The notes: generated by a model not told the origin, from the letters alone. Positions 1 to 12,957 are shown, numbered from the whole stretch's first letter. The stretch is DNA of 63,369 nucleotides, filler included, from Rhabdomonas costata (GCA_019059605.1; 54 parts of 54 records of this genome joined end to end with filler, not necessarily neighbours in it); one strand, 5' to 3'. Made by a program: numbers and translations.

Positions 1-1077
1 CCCCTGGACCTGCTGAAAAGCTGATGCCTTCGGTTTGTTCCTTCCGTGTCAGGTTGACTTTCATGTCTCCTCTTCATCACCAAGCGGTTCCCCTGGCCCC
101 CAGGCATTGGGGTTGTTGGGCCCGTTGTAGGGCCTTTGGTTTAAATAAGCTTGTCCGCAAAATTGCGCTGCCCGTCCATCGTGCCACGCTTTGATTATGG
201 CCACTCCCGTGGACGGCGGCTGCGTGAGTATTTAGTATACCAACGTGCGCCCCCAATACTGTCACGGCATTCAAATGGCCCTGTCATCTACGTGTAATGT
301 GGGAGCCACCAATCTTCACAAGTGGCGCCATTGGGACTTTGGACCGCAAGGTTCCCCCGTTGTGGCAGCAGCTCGGGTTTGAGCAGTCCACTGAGTCTTT
401 TCTGTTTCCCATGGGCCTCCCGGGGCGTTCCCTTTCACGGACCTGAACCGCGAGCGCGAAACCATCCGATTTCAAACGTGCGCAAGGCAAATCGTGTGTT
501 TGTCCTTTTTCTCCGTCCTTTGTCACGGGCTCAAAGGCCGAAATGCCGTGGTGGTACGTCTGCAATTCATATGGTTGGCGACGCTAATGTGCGCAAAGCT
601 AAACGTTTTAAAACGGAAGTTTTGGTTGTATTTGGGAAATTGGGGTCTTTTTTGGTATTTTGATTTGATAGTCATTGATGGCTGGGACTTCTTAAAACAT
701 TTTCAACCCAAGCCCGCGGGCAACCAATAACTAGCAGCTGAGGTTTACCGAGGCATTTTGTGAAGTTGCTTGCGCATAGAATCAGGAGCAAACTCGGAAA
801 AATAGAAATCTCACAGGCAATTCTGAGATGGGCGCTGGTTATCAGTGAACGCTCTACTTATCTTTTGCGGCACAGTATTCAAATATTGTTTTCCAATAGC
901 AAGCATATGTCCATTTCGCATGCTCCCGATGCTTTGGTTTGCTTTGGTTTCAAAATAGTGGGTCATTCGAAAAATTTTACACATATTGTTGATCGCAAAT
1001 TTAAACGGCAAACACAGTTGTTTGGGACCAACAATATGTGTAAAATTTTTCGAATGACCCACTATTTTGAAACCAAC

Positions 1078-1177
1078 NNNNNNNNNNNNNNNNNNNNNNN
1101 NNNNNNNNNNNNNNNNNNNNNTTAATTAATTAANNNNNNNNNNNNNNNNNNNNNNNNNNNNNNNNNNNNNNNNNNNN
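1078..1177. other. Artificial contig linker (first of 53): N44 + TTAATTAATTAA + N44
   Basis: Same 100-bp spacer with six-frame stops recurs about every 1.17 kb; contigs are nearly all 1075-1077 bp, i.e. length-sorted. Confidence 0.99.
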
Positions 1178-1251
1178 GGGTGGTGGTTGGAGCGACTGGC
1201 CGCACTGTTGGCATTGTTTGCCCTGAGGAACCAGCCCGCCTCATTCTTGCA

Positions 1252-1297
1252 AGAAGGAAGGAAGGAAGGAAGGAAGGAAGGAAGGAAGGAAGGAAGG
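1252..1297 (+). repeat. (GAAG)n microsatellite in GPI intron
   Basis: Tandem GAAG run visible in sequence. Confidence 0.95.
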
Positions 1298-1368
1298 ACT
1301 TGTGAATAGCTCAAAGGGAGCGAGAGTGCCCTTGCACAATCAAGGATGAAAAAGGGAGGGGCGCATAC

Positions 1369-2002
1369 GCTCTCGGGGTCGAAGCCGTTGAGCGCCCGGG
1401 AGACGTCCTCGGGGTCCACATTGGCCAGGAAGTGCAGGCGCCGCCCCGAGGCAAGCTTCTGGGCCTGAGGGAGCAATGGTGCGGTATCACTGATGATGAG
1501 AAAATTCGTCTGAGAGCAGGCAACTACATCGCCCAGTGCCCTGAGTTAATGAACAGCTCAACTAGGGTAATCCCCTTTGTCACATCACAATGCAGGTTCC
1601 TTTTCTGCCGCACTTTTAGCCTTGAGAGAGAGTGTGTGTTTGTTTCCGGAAAAGGCAGTCTTGCAAAATGTATATATGGAAGGAAGGATGAGTATTGTGT
1701 TGGCACATCCGGGGCAGACACCGACAAACTTAACAATCACTGGCATCGGTGTGTTGTGAAAAAATGCCGAGTTGACGGGCTAGAGTCAGGCGGGGGAGGA
1801 AGTTTCCAACCGGAGGGTAGGTCTCCAGGGCGGTGTGCACAAAGAGAGGTCCCAGGAAGCTCCCCCCGATGCCAATCGCCAGAACATCCCGCAGGGGCTT
1901 CCCCGTGGCGCCGACCCACTTCCCAGAGCGGATCTCGTTGGAGAAGGCCTTGATCTTGCGCAGCACGGAGTGCACCTCAGCAATCACGTCTACCCCGTCA
2001 AC
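1369..2002 (-). CDS. GPI: Glucose-6-phosphate isomerase, two internal exons (2002-1811, 1464-1369)
   Basis: [11 protein letters not shown]...[61 protein letters not shown] intron 1810-1465 keeps the frame. Confidence 0.96.
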
Positions 2003-3702
2003 CTAAGAGAGGGCGGGACTTGGCGTGCGTGCTGCTGTGTGCCGAAGTGAAGCTGATGAACCTTACGCATGTGTTTATGCCATGCTAAAGCTGCTCAGAT
2101 CAGGCGGTGTCCCGCCCAGTGTGCATGTGTCTTGCCTCCATCTGCGAATCCCATGCGTCCTTCATAGTAGCCGGTCCCGTGTGTGTGTGTGTGTGTGTGT
2201 GTGTCATTTCTTAGAGTCCGCATCTCGCCCAGGGCAGCTCACCACCCCCCACCCNNNNNNNNNNNNNNNNNNNNNNNNNNNNNNNNNNNNNNNNNNNNTT
2301 AATTAATTAANNNNNNNNNNNNNNNNNNNNNNNNNNNNNNNNNNNNNNNNNNNNCTTTCCCTGGTACACACTTCACATGGGAGCCACATTTTGCGGAGAA
2401 CCCCATATGCGCCAGCCACTCTCGGAAGTTTCTTTTCGTCATTGCCGGGGTCCGGGACATCATAAAGTGTCAACATGGAAAACATGACAGGATCCGCAAG
2501 GCGCTGGCTTAATAAGACAAGACTTTATTTTCCTTTCGGGTTGGCCACGTCCCGGTAGAGCCCGTTCGCCACCGCCTTATTCATCGGCCCAAGCATAAGG
2601 ACTCTCGGTCGACTCTCTTTTGTAACGGGCCACGCAGTCACACCGTCCCAATGTCGCTTTTCAATTTCCAGCGGAAGGATTTTTAATAACCTTGGCCACG
2701 CAATGCGCCTTAATACGCCAAACTCCCCGACCGACATTCCCGCTTTGCTTCACGCGCCTCACCGCACCTCACCGCACCGACTTGACCGCCTTCGCTTCGA
2801 CACGTAACGCGCGGAAGGGACTAAACCGCCTTCCCCTTTACAACGTCGACCGGGCCGCGGCGCCTAAACTCCGCCGCTTGAAAAGTGGGCGGCGCAAGCG
2901 GCAAAGTGGGGTTGTTGGAAGTTTTCGGCCTTTGCGGAAAGGTATGTGCGGAACGAAGGGTGGATAGATCATCCCAATAGGCGGCCAAACAGGGCAAAGC
3001 GGCGGACCGATCGGGCAAACGATCCGGCACATATTGAAAGGTCAAAACGCCGCGGCGTGTCCACTATGACTGTGGCCGCCCTTTCCCCACACAAATCTAC
3101 GCAAAAACCGCGCGACAGCGGTTGGTACTAATACGTCGCGTCACTACAGCGTTCCGGTGTAAATGCCCTGCGTGACCCTGAAGTCTGGCCATGGCTGGTG
3201 GCATCGGGGTGCCCGTTGCCCACTTTGATGTCTGACCAAAAAGCCTGAAGCCGAAGAACCCCAGAAGCAGCACAAGGCAGCAGCAGCAGAAGAAGACTTT
3301 ACGACCCCAAGTTTGGAAGCGGTCTTAGCTTTTCTTTGCGCTTGCAGGACCCAGTGCGGTGGACCTTTGTGGTTCTTCGGCTTCAGGCTTTTTGGTCAGA
3401 CACCAACCCNNNNNNNNNNNNNNNNNNNNNNNNNNNNNNNNNNNNNNNNNNNNTTAATTAATTAANNNNNNNNNNNNNNNNNNNNNNNNNNNNNNNNNNN
3501 NNNNNNNNNTTTTGGGTGAGGATCTTCAATGCCTGTTTTCCAGTTGTAAATATGACTGTGTGAAATAGAAAAGGAGACGACCATTCATATGAACAACATG
3601 CACCCCTCCCTTGCCCTTCCCTTTCCTTTTTCCCAATCTCTTTGTACATTGTACTGGTCTTTGCGTCCATGTCGATGCAACTATTGTGCAAATCACTTAC
3701 AG

Positions 3703-4586
3703 GAGAAGACGATTGCGGCGTCCTCGCTGGAAAGAGAGCTCTCTGTACTTCGCGAGCATACCCTGCAGGTCAAGGCCAGCCAGGGTGAGACTGCGACACA
3801 GCTGACGAAGGTGTCTTTTTTTGGTGGTGGTGGTGGTGGTGGTGGCTGCAGGCCCCGAGAGCCCTGGGTTCCACGAATCCACCAGTGCCATTAAGTTCTG
3901 TTCAAATTGAAACTGAACAACATCCACCTCCCCATGCCGTTGTGGCTGTTTGCTTGCTGTTTGCTGTTTGCTAATTTCGCCCGGACGCACTATCCACAGG
4001 ATCGGGATCAGCTCCAAGCCGTGCTGCTGCAGCGCTTTCAGGCAGACCTGAAGGTGTGGTGAGGGTTCCCCGAGTGGTATGACCTCCGCATGACGCCTTG
4101 GTCTCTAGGAAAGAAGATCATCTCGATCGGGCTCCGTTGGTCTTATACAGCCGCCATCCCTTTCTTAACTTTCGTGGTGGTGAGAAAAGCCCAAGCCCCC
4201 CCCTCTTTTTTTGAAAATCCGACATATGCAGTGTTAGTGGGTCCCTCTTTGCAAAGGCTGACTTCTGCAGCAGCTGCAAGTAATTGTAAAACGGAAGTGT
4301 CAATTAGATTTTTCTAGTAAAGGCAAAAGTTGGGTTTGTCGTCTTGAAAAGGAAAGAAAAGTGGCCATGTGGATGCTCACACGCGAGGTTGGGCTCTGTC
4401 CACGAGGCAACACAGTTGCGCTCCAGAAACCGGAGCATTTTACTCCCTCTCAGTGGGGCGACGCAATAATGCTTGTGGCAAAATCGTTACCTTCAGCAAT
4501 GACTGCCCTGACTCCTTCACCCCAGGACTGCATGGCGCAGCACGCCGCCGGGGTGCAGTTCCTGGAGACGGAGGAAGACATTGCTC
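3703..4586 (+). CDS. Unknown coiled-coil protein, three probable exons (~3703-3810, ~4000-4053, ~4526-4586)
   Basis: AG/GT-bounded GC3-rich segments: EKTIAASSLERELSVLREHTLQVK..., DRDQLQAVLLQRFQADLK, DCMAQHAAGVQFLETEED. Confidence 0.55.
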
Positions 4587-4782
4587 NNNNNNNNNNNNNN
4601 NNNNNNNNNNNNNNNNNNNNNNNNNNNNNNTTAATTAATTAANNNNNNNNNNNNNNNNNNNNNNNNNNNNNNNNNNNNNNNNNNNNTTAAAGGTTTGAAT
4701 TGTTTGTGTCTACGAACCCAGCTTTGAGCTTGTCTTTTATTAAAGTAATCTTTTGATAGAATTAGAGATTGAATATGTGTTG

Positions 4783-5200
4783 TCATATACCATTACTACA
4801 TAAATTTAATTAATCTGCAAGTCTCATAATAGAATCAGGTATGTTATCATAGATTTCTCTCATAACGATAAAAACATCAATATTTTTTTTCATGTTTAAG
4901 AAATGTTAACAATTTTATTATGTCATCGTATAATTCTCTCTTGATGTTTAGAAAAAAGAAAATTTCAAAGACAATACATCTTCTCTTACATCTTGAATTC
5001 TCATGAAATGAGTTGTCTAAGTACATGAAATGTGGTAACTTTAATAAAATACTATCACAACAATTTATATATTCAGTATACTTGTTCTCAGCGTCTGCTA
5101 AATAGACAACATAAACAAAATCATATACATGTGTTAATAAATGTAGTTTAATGTATCTTGTCTTCCCTGATCTTTTCTTTCAAACCAACATATAGAACAT
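4783..5200 (-). pseudogene. Decayed P-loop ATPase, A32/FtsK-HerA viral packaging ATPase-like
   Basis: MFYMLV*KKRSGKT (Walker A with Gly codon changed to TGA at 5182-5180), Walker B-like RCIVFE, C-terminal KHEK/NIDVFIVMREIYDNIPDSIMRLAD*; one frameshift in an A8 run; AT-rich and intronless. Confidence 0.6.
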
Positions 5201-5262
5201 TACTATATATTAGTATAATAATTGTTGATATAAAATATAATATAGTATTATATTACTATAAC

Positions 5263-5588
5263 ATGGATAAAACAACACTAAAACAAGAATTGAATGAATA
5301 CGAAAAGGTCAGGTTAAGACTAAAGATTATGTGGGAGGGAGGACTTAGGGGCTATATTGATTATGGTATTGCTTCATGTTTAAGAGAAAAGTTCAGAAAA
5401 GAATTGATGAAATAGATGATCCATACGATAAAAAGTCAGCGAAGAAGATAGCTGAATTGAAGAAAAAGATTGAAACATTTTTAGATGGTAACATTGATTC
5501 TATGAATATGGATAGTATAGACACAAAGAAGTACGATGAAATGGGAATAGATCTTAATGACTATAATTACATCCTGAATATAGAATGA
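5263..5588 (+). pseudogene. AT-rich virus-like hypothetical gene with a frameshift
   Basis: MDKTTLKQELNEYEKV... continues in another frame as RIDEIDDPYDKKSAKKIAELKKK...; divergent from the ATPase across a short AT-rich spacer. Confidence 0.5.
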
Positions 5589-7552
5589 AAAGAAATTTAA
5601 TATATTTTTTATGTATTCATTTCTCTAAATAATCGTACTAACTTTTTCACCGTGTAAATGAAATGAGATTAGAAACGCAAGGCTTCTTTGTCCACAATCT
5701 TTTTCAGCGAATGACTCATCACGGTTGGTGTTAGCATTAATGAATTTTTTCTTTGCAAAGAAANNNNNNNNNNNNNNNNNNNNNNNNNNNNNNNNNNNNN
5801 NNNNNNNTTAATTAATTAANNNNNNNNNNNNNNNNNNNNNNNNNNNNNNNNNNNNNNNNNNNNTGAAAAAATTACTGGTTAGACCTTGTTGGAAACCGGT
5901 TGCACGAGGGCGGGACGACGCCAGCGCCGCCTACGAATCGACAAATGTTTTGCCGATTTTGACTCCTCCAACCCTCCAACAGCTTCAAAGCCTTGCAAAG
6001 CACACCAGTAAGCCAAACCACCGAAAATGTCCAAAGGCCCGAGGAAAGCGTCGCTTCAGTGTTTCCAGCACAGTGCACCTGAGCACCGAACCACCCATAC
6101 ACCCACAGACATTCTTCCAACTGTCACCGGACCCTTTCCCTATGTGGGCTTGACAAAACGTGATGTAGAGGGAGACCGACCGTGCACAAGGGCAGAACAC
6201 AGCGAGACGCCGCTCCCTTCTCCATCTGCCCACCGCACACCCAAAACCTCAGGTCATGAGTTCATGTGGTAATGAGTGGCCGACCGCTACCACAGCTGCG
6301 GACCCATTACGATGACAGGCACGGCAGGGCGCGATAGCGTCAGACAGAAAGAGAGCAGACAGAAAGAGAGACCAGGTGCGAGTGAGAAGCGCCTGTTGGA
6401 AAGGGCGTGCTGGATGACCAAGGTGCACTGTTCGGAAGGGACAAACTGTACACAGCGCAGGACATTCACAAAGCGCACACAGCGCACACGCACCTACAGC
6501 CCCCCCCTCAACACACACAGGCGGTTGACAAATTACATCGAACACTCTGAGCCCAAGCACCGCGCGGACTAGCTCACGGCACACGCCTCGGGAACGCTCA
6601 CGCAATTAATGGGCACAGCAACCACAGTCCTCTCCACACACGATCCATTCAAACAAAACAAAACAAACAACCCTCGGAACACCCCGCTCCTCAGCATCCA
6701 CCACATGTTCCAGAGAGGAACATTTCTGCGGATGCAAAAAAGAAAGGAAGGGCAGGGCAGGGAGGGTGCGGTGAACATGAACATGGAATGGATCCTCCAA
6801 ATTGCAAAGGGAGGTGGAAAGCACTTTTCTCGAGTGACGAGTAGAAGAATAGAAGGGGGGGCAGTAGTAGAGAGGAGGGTAAAAAAAGAGGTTTAGAAAG
6901 AGAGGGCACTATACAACACGATCCATTCAAACAAACCAACNNNNNNNNNNNNNNNNNNNNNNNNNNNNNNNNNNNNNNNNNNNNTTAATTAATTAANNNN
7001 NNNNNNNNNNNNNNNNNNNNNNNNNNNNNNNNNNNNNNNNGGACTACCGAGTCGGGCTGTGGCTGTTCGGGGCCCATGACCGTATGCCCTGTGTCTGGGG
7101 ATGGGGGGTGCTTGAGCCGTTCTGATGCTGTTGTCTTTCAGATGTGGGGAGGATGGAGTTGCGTCCGGAAGCAATCCTCGTAGTCAGTTAACAAGCTCGC
7201 CCCTTCGGCGCGAAAAGCTCCTCTCTCTCTCTCTCTCTCTCTCGAATATGGGCACATAACATCGCGGGCCAAATACACTGACTCAAGCAGATCGCGGTTT
7301 TTTTACGTGCATCTGTGATTGTTGGGGGGGGGGTCATCCTGCACCGCTGTTGTGCTGTGGTAAACGGGTGTATGCCTCTGGTGGTTTCATGGGTGGGACG
7401 TCTTACTTGGTTCCACTGGCCCGTTTGCACTGTCCTCTGGGATGGATTTTCGTTTAATTTTATGACAGTGGCTGTTTCTCGTGCCATGGAGGAAGAAGGT
7501 GAGCAACGACTCTGTGGATTTGTTCTGTGTGGTCTCTGCGAGGAGGGGGGAG

Positions 7553-7903
7553 GATGGCATTATTTTTGCCATCATATTCTGTTGTCACATTACCAAGAGA
7601 ATCATAGGATTTTATTGCATATTTAACTCTATTATTAACAAGATTATTTTGTCCATCAAACGTCTTAACATTACCAGTAAATGATTTTGACATAACTCTA
7701 TCCATACCATCATATGCATATGAAATAAAGCTAGGATTAGATTTATCATAATCATTAGGAGTTATTTCTCTTACCCTTCTGCCAGCGGTATCTTATTCAA
7801 AGCCAGTCTTACCGTGCTTTGGATCTTCGACACATGCTAAAAATCCTCTTTTATTGTATGTATTTGTTGTCACATTACCCCTAGAATCTGTTAATGTAAG
7901 AAC
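7553..7903 (-). pseudogene. Bacterial-type Rhs/YD-repeat protein fragment with an in-frame stop
   Basis: VLTLTDSRGNVTTNTYNKRGFLACVEDPKHGKTGFE*DTAGRRVREITP...YAYDGMDRV...SYDSLGNVTTEYDGKNN; TAA at 7795-7793 where Y of YD is expected. Confidence 0.85.
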
Positions 7904-7978
7904 CCCACAAGCAAAAGGGGCTGGAACTTGGGTGTTGGGTGTGTAAAAGATGGCATGCAAAGACACACAGAGAAGAGA

Positions 7979-8117
7979 ACTCTACTCTACTCTATTCTAT
8001 TCTATTCTATTCTATTCTATTCTATTCTATTCTATTCTATTCTATTCTATTCTATTCTATTCTATTCTATTCTATTCTATTCTATTCTATTCTATTCTAT
8101 TCTATTCTATTCTATTC
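7979..8117 (+). repeat. (TTCTA)n pentanucleotide microsatellite
   Basis: Long perfect tandem array running to the contig end. Confidence 0.98.
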
Positions 8118-8589
8118 NNNNNNNNNNNNNNNNNNNNNNNNNNNNNNNNNNNNNNNNNNNNTTAATTAATTAANNNNNNNNNNNNNNNNNNNNNNNNNNN
8201 NNNNNNNNNNNNNNNNNGCAGAAAAATTCTGTTTTGGTTTTTTGGGTGCTAGGGACCTGCATCGTGATATTGACATTACATTCTTTTACTGCAGTGTTGT
8301 CAGGATAAAAGGTGGGGTCTGGAATGACCGCGTCCTTCGAAGCTCGCTATTCACGCTATTCACGCTTCAGGTGTTCAGGCTACGCAGCGCCAGAGTTCTT
8401 TCTGTCTTTTATCTTCACTCCGCATTATCCCAAATCTACATCTACGTCTGCTGAATCATACCAAATCTCGATGCGACGTTTTGGAGGTGCAACCCCAAAC
8501 TCTACCACCTCCCACGACCACGACCACGACCACACACCACCCCCTGTTTTAATGTGTGGTGTGTGTGTGGAGGGGAGGGGGGGTGCAAG

Positions 8590-8855
8590 GTGTGGAGCAA
8601 GTCTGCGCGGCACAATTCTGGGAGCTGTCCCCCGGGGTTGCCAAGGGCGGGGTCATCGGCACGGTAACCCTGCGGTTATCACCGCAGGGCAGTGGGCTAG
8701 AACCGCGCATCCTGGCACAGGTCCGGGCGATCTTTGCGCGGGAGGGGTTGGGAGAGGAGCTGGCCGTGCAGCTTTCCGGGCCGGAGTGCTCGGGGTCTCC
8801 CCTGCGCAGTGGGATGGGTGTTGTCGTGAATCTCGAGTCGTATAGCCTCGCATAG
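8590..8855 (+). CDS. Cation diffusion facilitator (ZnT5/7/Msc2-like) C-terminal cytosolic domain, last exon
   Basis: GVEQVCAAQFWELSPG...VIGTVTLRL...EPRILAQVRAIFAREGLGEELAVQL resembles the CDF C-terminal fold motif; TAG at 8853-8855. Confidence 0.6.
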
Positions 8856-9809
8856 CTCCTCTAATGGTGGGAAGATGAGGTTTGTGGTGGTGGGCGCGTG
8901 CTCCTGCTGTGGTCCATCCTGGTCGCTGCTCTATTTGAGGAAACGTGGAAGTGGAGTTTGTTAGAGTTATTTATTACCTGTCTCGTATGATTGTCTGTTG
9001 ATGTGTGACCATCTCTTGGCTGCATCTGAAATTATGTGCGCTACCATCGAGCTCATGGTAACTGCGTTTAAATTAATTTAAAATTAAATTAAAATAAAAA
9101 ATTAAATTGAAAGTGTTTGAAAATGCTTCACGTAAGCTCCATGCATGCTATGAGGGAGCTGCAATGAAGTCACCAACTCTGCTTTGCCGCTGACCTAGTT
9201 TGCACCATTGGGCTTAACATCGTGCTAAGTTTCGTTCATTTTATACGCATCCAAGCCTTACACTGTAGTGTACCGTTTTCTTTCCCAACAACCNNNNNNN
9301 NNNNNNNNNNNNNNNNNNNNNNNNNNNNNNNNNNNNNTTAATTAATTAANNNNNNNNNNNNNNNNNNNNNNNNNNNNNNNNNNNNNNNNNNNNTGTTTTT
9401 GGTCAACAATCGCTGAGAACTGGTGGTGAAGTGCCCCAGTGGGATCTGTGTAATCTGTTGCCCTCGCCCCTAGCATCCTGCCCATGTATACAGCGGGCAC
9501 AAAGTCTAGTGTGAATGGCGCGAGATGGCACCATTAGGCATTTTCGGCAACTCCGTTAAAAGGTTTTAGCCCTGGGGGTAAAAGGGAACGGCTGGCAAAA
9601 GGCCCCGCCAATCGCTGTCGCCTGAAGTTGCCTGAAGTGGAAAATCTGGAGTGTGATGAGCCGGACAGATCACTTTTTGGAAGGCAGGCGAGAGTTCGCT
9701 GAAGTCGCTTTCAGCGCACAGCTGGACTGCAGTGATGTGGCCTTTCAACCACATAGGCCAGGGTTGCAACGAGTACCATACTCCTTTCTGCGTTATTTCT
9801 TTCACCCAG

Positions 9810-10204
9810 GGCGCATGCACTCCAAGGGAAAGGGTATCAGCGAGAGCTGCTTGCCCTACAGACGCGAGGCTCCGGCTTGGCTCAAGACCTCCGCCCGGGA
9901 AGTCGTGGATATGGTGTGCAAGTTGGCGAAGAAGGGCATGCCGCCATCGCAGATCGGAGTGGTGCTGCGAGATAGCCACGGGATTGGGCAGTGCCAGGCC
10001 GTGACTGGTGCGTGACTTGTCCTGCTTGTCCTGAGCAATGGTATCTCACACTTACGTCCCATTCCCTTTTGTTTTGCTGATGCAGGGCGGAAGATTCTTC
10101 GCATTCTTAAGCACAAGGGGCTCGTTCCTGAGATTCCTGAAGACCTCTATTGCCTCATTAAGACCGCGGTGACCTGCCGCAAGCATCTGGAGAAGAACCG
10201 CAAG
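9810..10204 (+). CDS. RPS13: 40S ribosomal protein S13 (uS15), exons 9810-10007 and 10086-10204
   Basis: [19 protein letters not shown]...[13 protein letters not shown]...[31 protein letters not shown]; 78-nt GT-AG intron. Confidence 0.98.
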
Positions 10205-10715
10205 GTTTTCCATTTTTCTTCCGCGGCAAGTGATGTGAACACGATTCTTCGGATTTAGAGGAGCTGTGCAGTGATGTATCAAGTGTCATTTTGGCTGGGT
10301 ACTTCATTACTTCAATCCAGCGAAAAACTTCAGACACCCGTTATATATAGTCAACCCCTTTCCGAATGAACGGTTCCCGGGAAACGTCACAATATTCAGA
10401 ATCCATTTTCAAAAAACGTAATCAGAAAAGGTAAAAGGAATCCCAAGAGCATATGTGAAAAGAANNNNNNNNNNNNNNNNNNNNNNNNNNNNNNNNNNNN
10501 NNNNNNNNTTAATTAATTAANNNNNNNNNNNNNNNNNNNNNNNNNNNNNNNNNNNNNNNNNNNNGTTCACGTGCTTCGCTTCTCACTTGCCTTACTTAAA
10601 GAAAGAAATGGGCGGGGGTTGAGTTTGGCTGCGCTTGACGGTGAGAATAAGACGGAAAGAATATGAGTCAAGAGATGCGGAAAAATGCGTCTTCTGCCCG
10701 CAAAAGGCACAGAAC

Positions 10716-10964
10716 CTCTTCCCTGGCGATTCTTTGCAACGCATCCAAGGCATGACGGTAATTGCGGCGTAGCTCGGGAGGAAGGCGCCCGTCAGCCTGC
10801 ATACGTACTAGAGTGAGGTCAGCGGGATTTCCAACCACTGACCCCAGAGCTCCAGCACCGATCCCACAGACCACTTTGCCCAAAAAGGACACACGGCCTT
10901 GACTGTCCTCCGCCTTCTTCTTCAACACGTTATAAAACCCCAACATGCTTCCGATGAAGAAAGC
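10716..10964 (-). CDS. Mitochondrial carrier (2-oxoglutarate/dicarboxylate type), internal exon
   Basis: GAGALGSVVGNPADLTLVRMQADGRLPPELRRNYRHALDALQRIAREE with PxDxxxxR signature; AG/GT bounded, 249 nt. Confidence 0.93.
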
Positions 10965-12409
10965 CTGTGCAGAAGTTCAACAGGGAATTCAGTTTGGGTC
11001 ATGCAGTGGGGTCCGCCTTATGCACCACCCCGCCCCGCCGCTGTCCAGTCCTTCGCGCATGTACAAAACCCCCACATTATTTTCTCCCTGCGCTGTCTCC
11101 GCTGGTAAACTCCACTCTGCACATATCCGATGCATCCCTGTGTTCATCACTAGTATGTCGAGCCTTCCCACTCAACAGTTGTCGCTCATCCTCCTGGTAA
11201 ACACACCTGTCTAAGTACGTTGCCGCTGATTCCAGTAAACAGTGCAAGAGGACCCTCAGATGTCGCGACATTCCAGAACACTTGCCTGAAGGAAGGCCTT
11301 TTTAAACCGTCACTGAGCTGCATCCGCACCTTCACCAAGTCAATCTGCAGAAAGATTCATGAGGGGTTAACTTAGAAGCCTTGCGGGCTCTAATAGACAA
11401 ACAACAGCCATCCAAATGGAAATATATAAACCCTTTCAGGTTGCACAAGCAAACATTGTATATAAACCACCTTGGTGAAACCTCTCTTCAAATTCCTTCA
11501 TTACCTTTGACACCCACAACAAGTATAATTTTGAACACAAAGCGGGTGCATTCTAAAAACCACATTGGCAAAAATACCAAGGTAAGTTGTGCCAGTAACT
11601 TCTTCTGTTGGCCAAGGAGCTGGCTTGCTATCAAACGCCANNNNNNNNNNNNNNNNNNNNNNNNNNNNNNNNNNNNNNNNNNNNTTAATTAATTAANNNN
11701 NNNNNNNNNNNNNNNNNNNNNNNNNNNNNNNNNNNNNNNNGACTGGTATCGTTGGCTGAAAATGGGTTCCTGTTTCCTGTGTTTGGGCTTGGTTAATGTG
11801 CAAGCTGGAAGCTAGCCCTCCTTCCACGTCCTGATGGTAGGCATACAAGGGTGGGCTTTGAGGTCACTGTCCCCCTTTCGGGTCAGTTTGATGGCCACAG
11901 GTCACATAAGGTTGGGACGGGGGGTGGGGGGTTTGCAAAAGCCAATGTGCGGAAATAACTTGCGCTGCCCGAGTTCCGCTAGTAGGGTTCATCGCACGTT
12001 TTAGAATGTGCCCAGAGAAACGTTTTTGGCGAGAATCTGCTTGCTGCATAATTTTGTTTAGATGGATTCACACAGGACCAAAACCCTGGCTGCAAGATCT
12101 CTCGTTTGCATTGGTGGTTTGGACACAATTTTATGGCATACGTTTTTCTTAGGGCGAGGACGAGCAAGCTTTGAAGAAGGAAGAGGAGGAGAAAAAAAGT
12201 ATGACTCCTTGCTTGCATTTCTCATAGTTTTTCGGGGCAAAGCTTCTATGCCTATTCTGGCGAGGCACTGGTTTCCTTTCTTGTCAAAACGCTTTGGCCT
12301 AATAGACACTTTCCACCCCTTTTCACGGCTGCCCCAATTTCCGCTTTCTTTTTCCTCTCTCCTGATTTACCTTTATGAGTCGCCTCCAGGGAGAGCCTTT
12401 TTTACTCAG

Positions 12410-12513
12410 ACAAGGCCTCGAGTGCGTTCATGAAGCGGATGCACGTGGAGCAGCAGGAGTTTGCCGAGGTCACTCACAAGCTGCTTCGCGAAGAGGCGCT
12501 GCGAGCTGTCTGA
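12410..12513 (+). CDS. Probable terminal exon of an unknown protein
   Basis: After tttactcag: KASSAFMKRMHVEQQEFAEVTHKLLREEALRAV*; coding-like codon usage only. Confidence 0.4.
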
Positions 12514-12957
12514 GCTTCGCAGAGGAATTCTTCCAATGCTGCAGTGGCTGGCCAGATCTCCTCTGCAGCACTGTCGAGGCATTTTCTGGGTGAACACATT
12601 CGTCTGCAGAGTTTGTGTTCTGACCCGACGATACTGGGGCTGTGGAACATCTGAAGATAGGATCGGCTTGTCTTTCATTTTATCTTCACACGCAATGTAT
12701 CTGTGGAGTTTTGACCAATACGTCCATGTGTTCACATGCCCTTTTAAGGTTTCGCGGAACGTTGGGCGTCTGGAAATGCTGGTAGCCAACAAGAGGACGT
12801 ACTGGTCAAAACAACCNNNNNNNNNNNNNNNNNNNNNNNNNNNNNNNNNNNNNNNNNNNNTTAATTAATTAANNNNNNNNNNNNNNNNNNNNNNNNNNNN
12901 NNNNNNNNNNNNNNNNGTGTTGGGCGTGTTTGGGGTTTTGTGGTGGTGGTGGCTCAG

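Noticed and set aside
1122-1133. Regularly spaced TTAATTAATTAA as a CRISPR-like or biological repeat
   Set aside because: Always flanked by 44 Ns on each side; it is a synthetic concatenation linker.
2355-3409. ORFs in this contig and in 25851-28100, 29377-30452, 31729-32804, 35256-36331, 43488-46914 and 55243-56318
   Set aside because: No recognisable motifs, splice-consistent exons or codon bias; they may be decayed TEs but cannot be supported.
7928-8173. ORFs encoding (LFYSI)n
   Set aside because: Translation of the (TTCTA)n microsatellite.
8520-8600. Euglenid non-conventional intron upstream of the CDF exon (purine-rich, no polypyrimidine tract)
   Set aside because: An AAG acceptor fits the frame and the upstream exon is not identifiable, so the intron type cannot be established.
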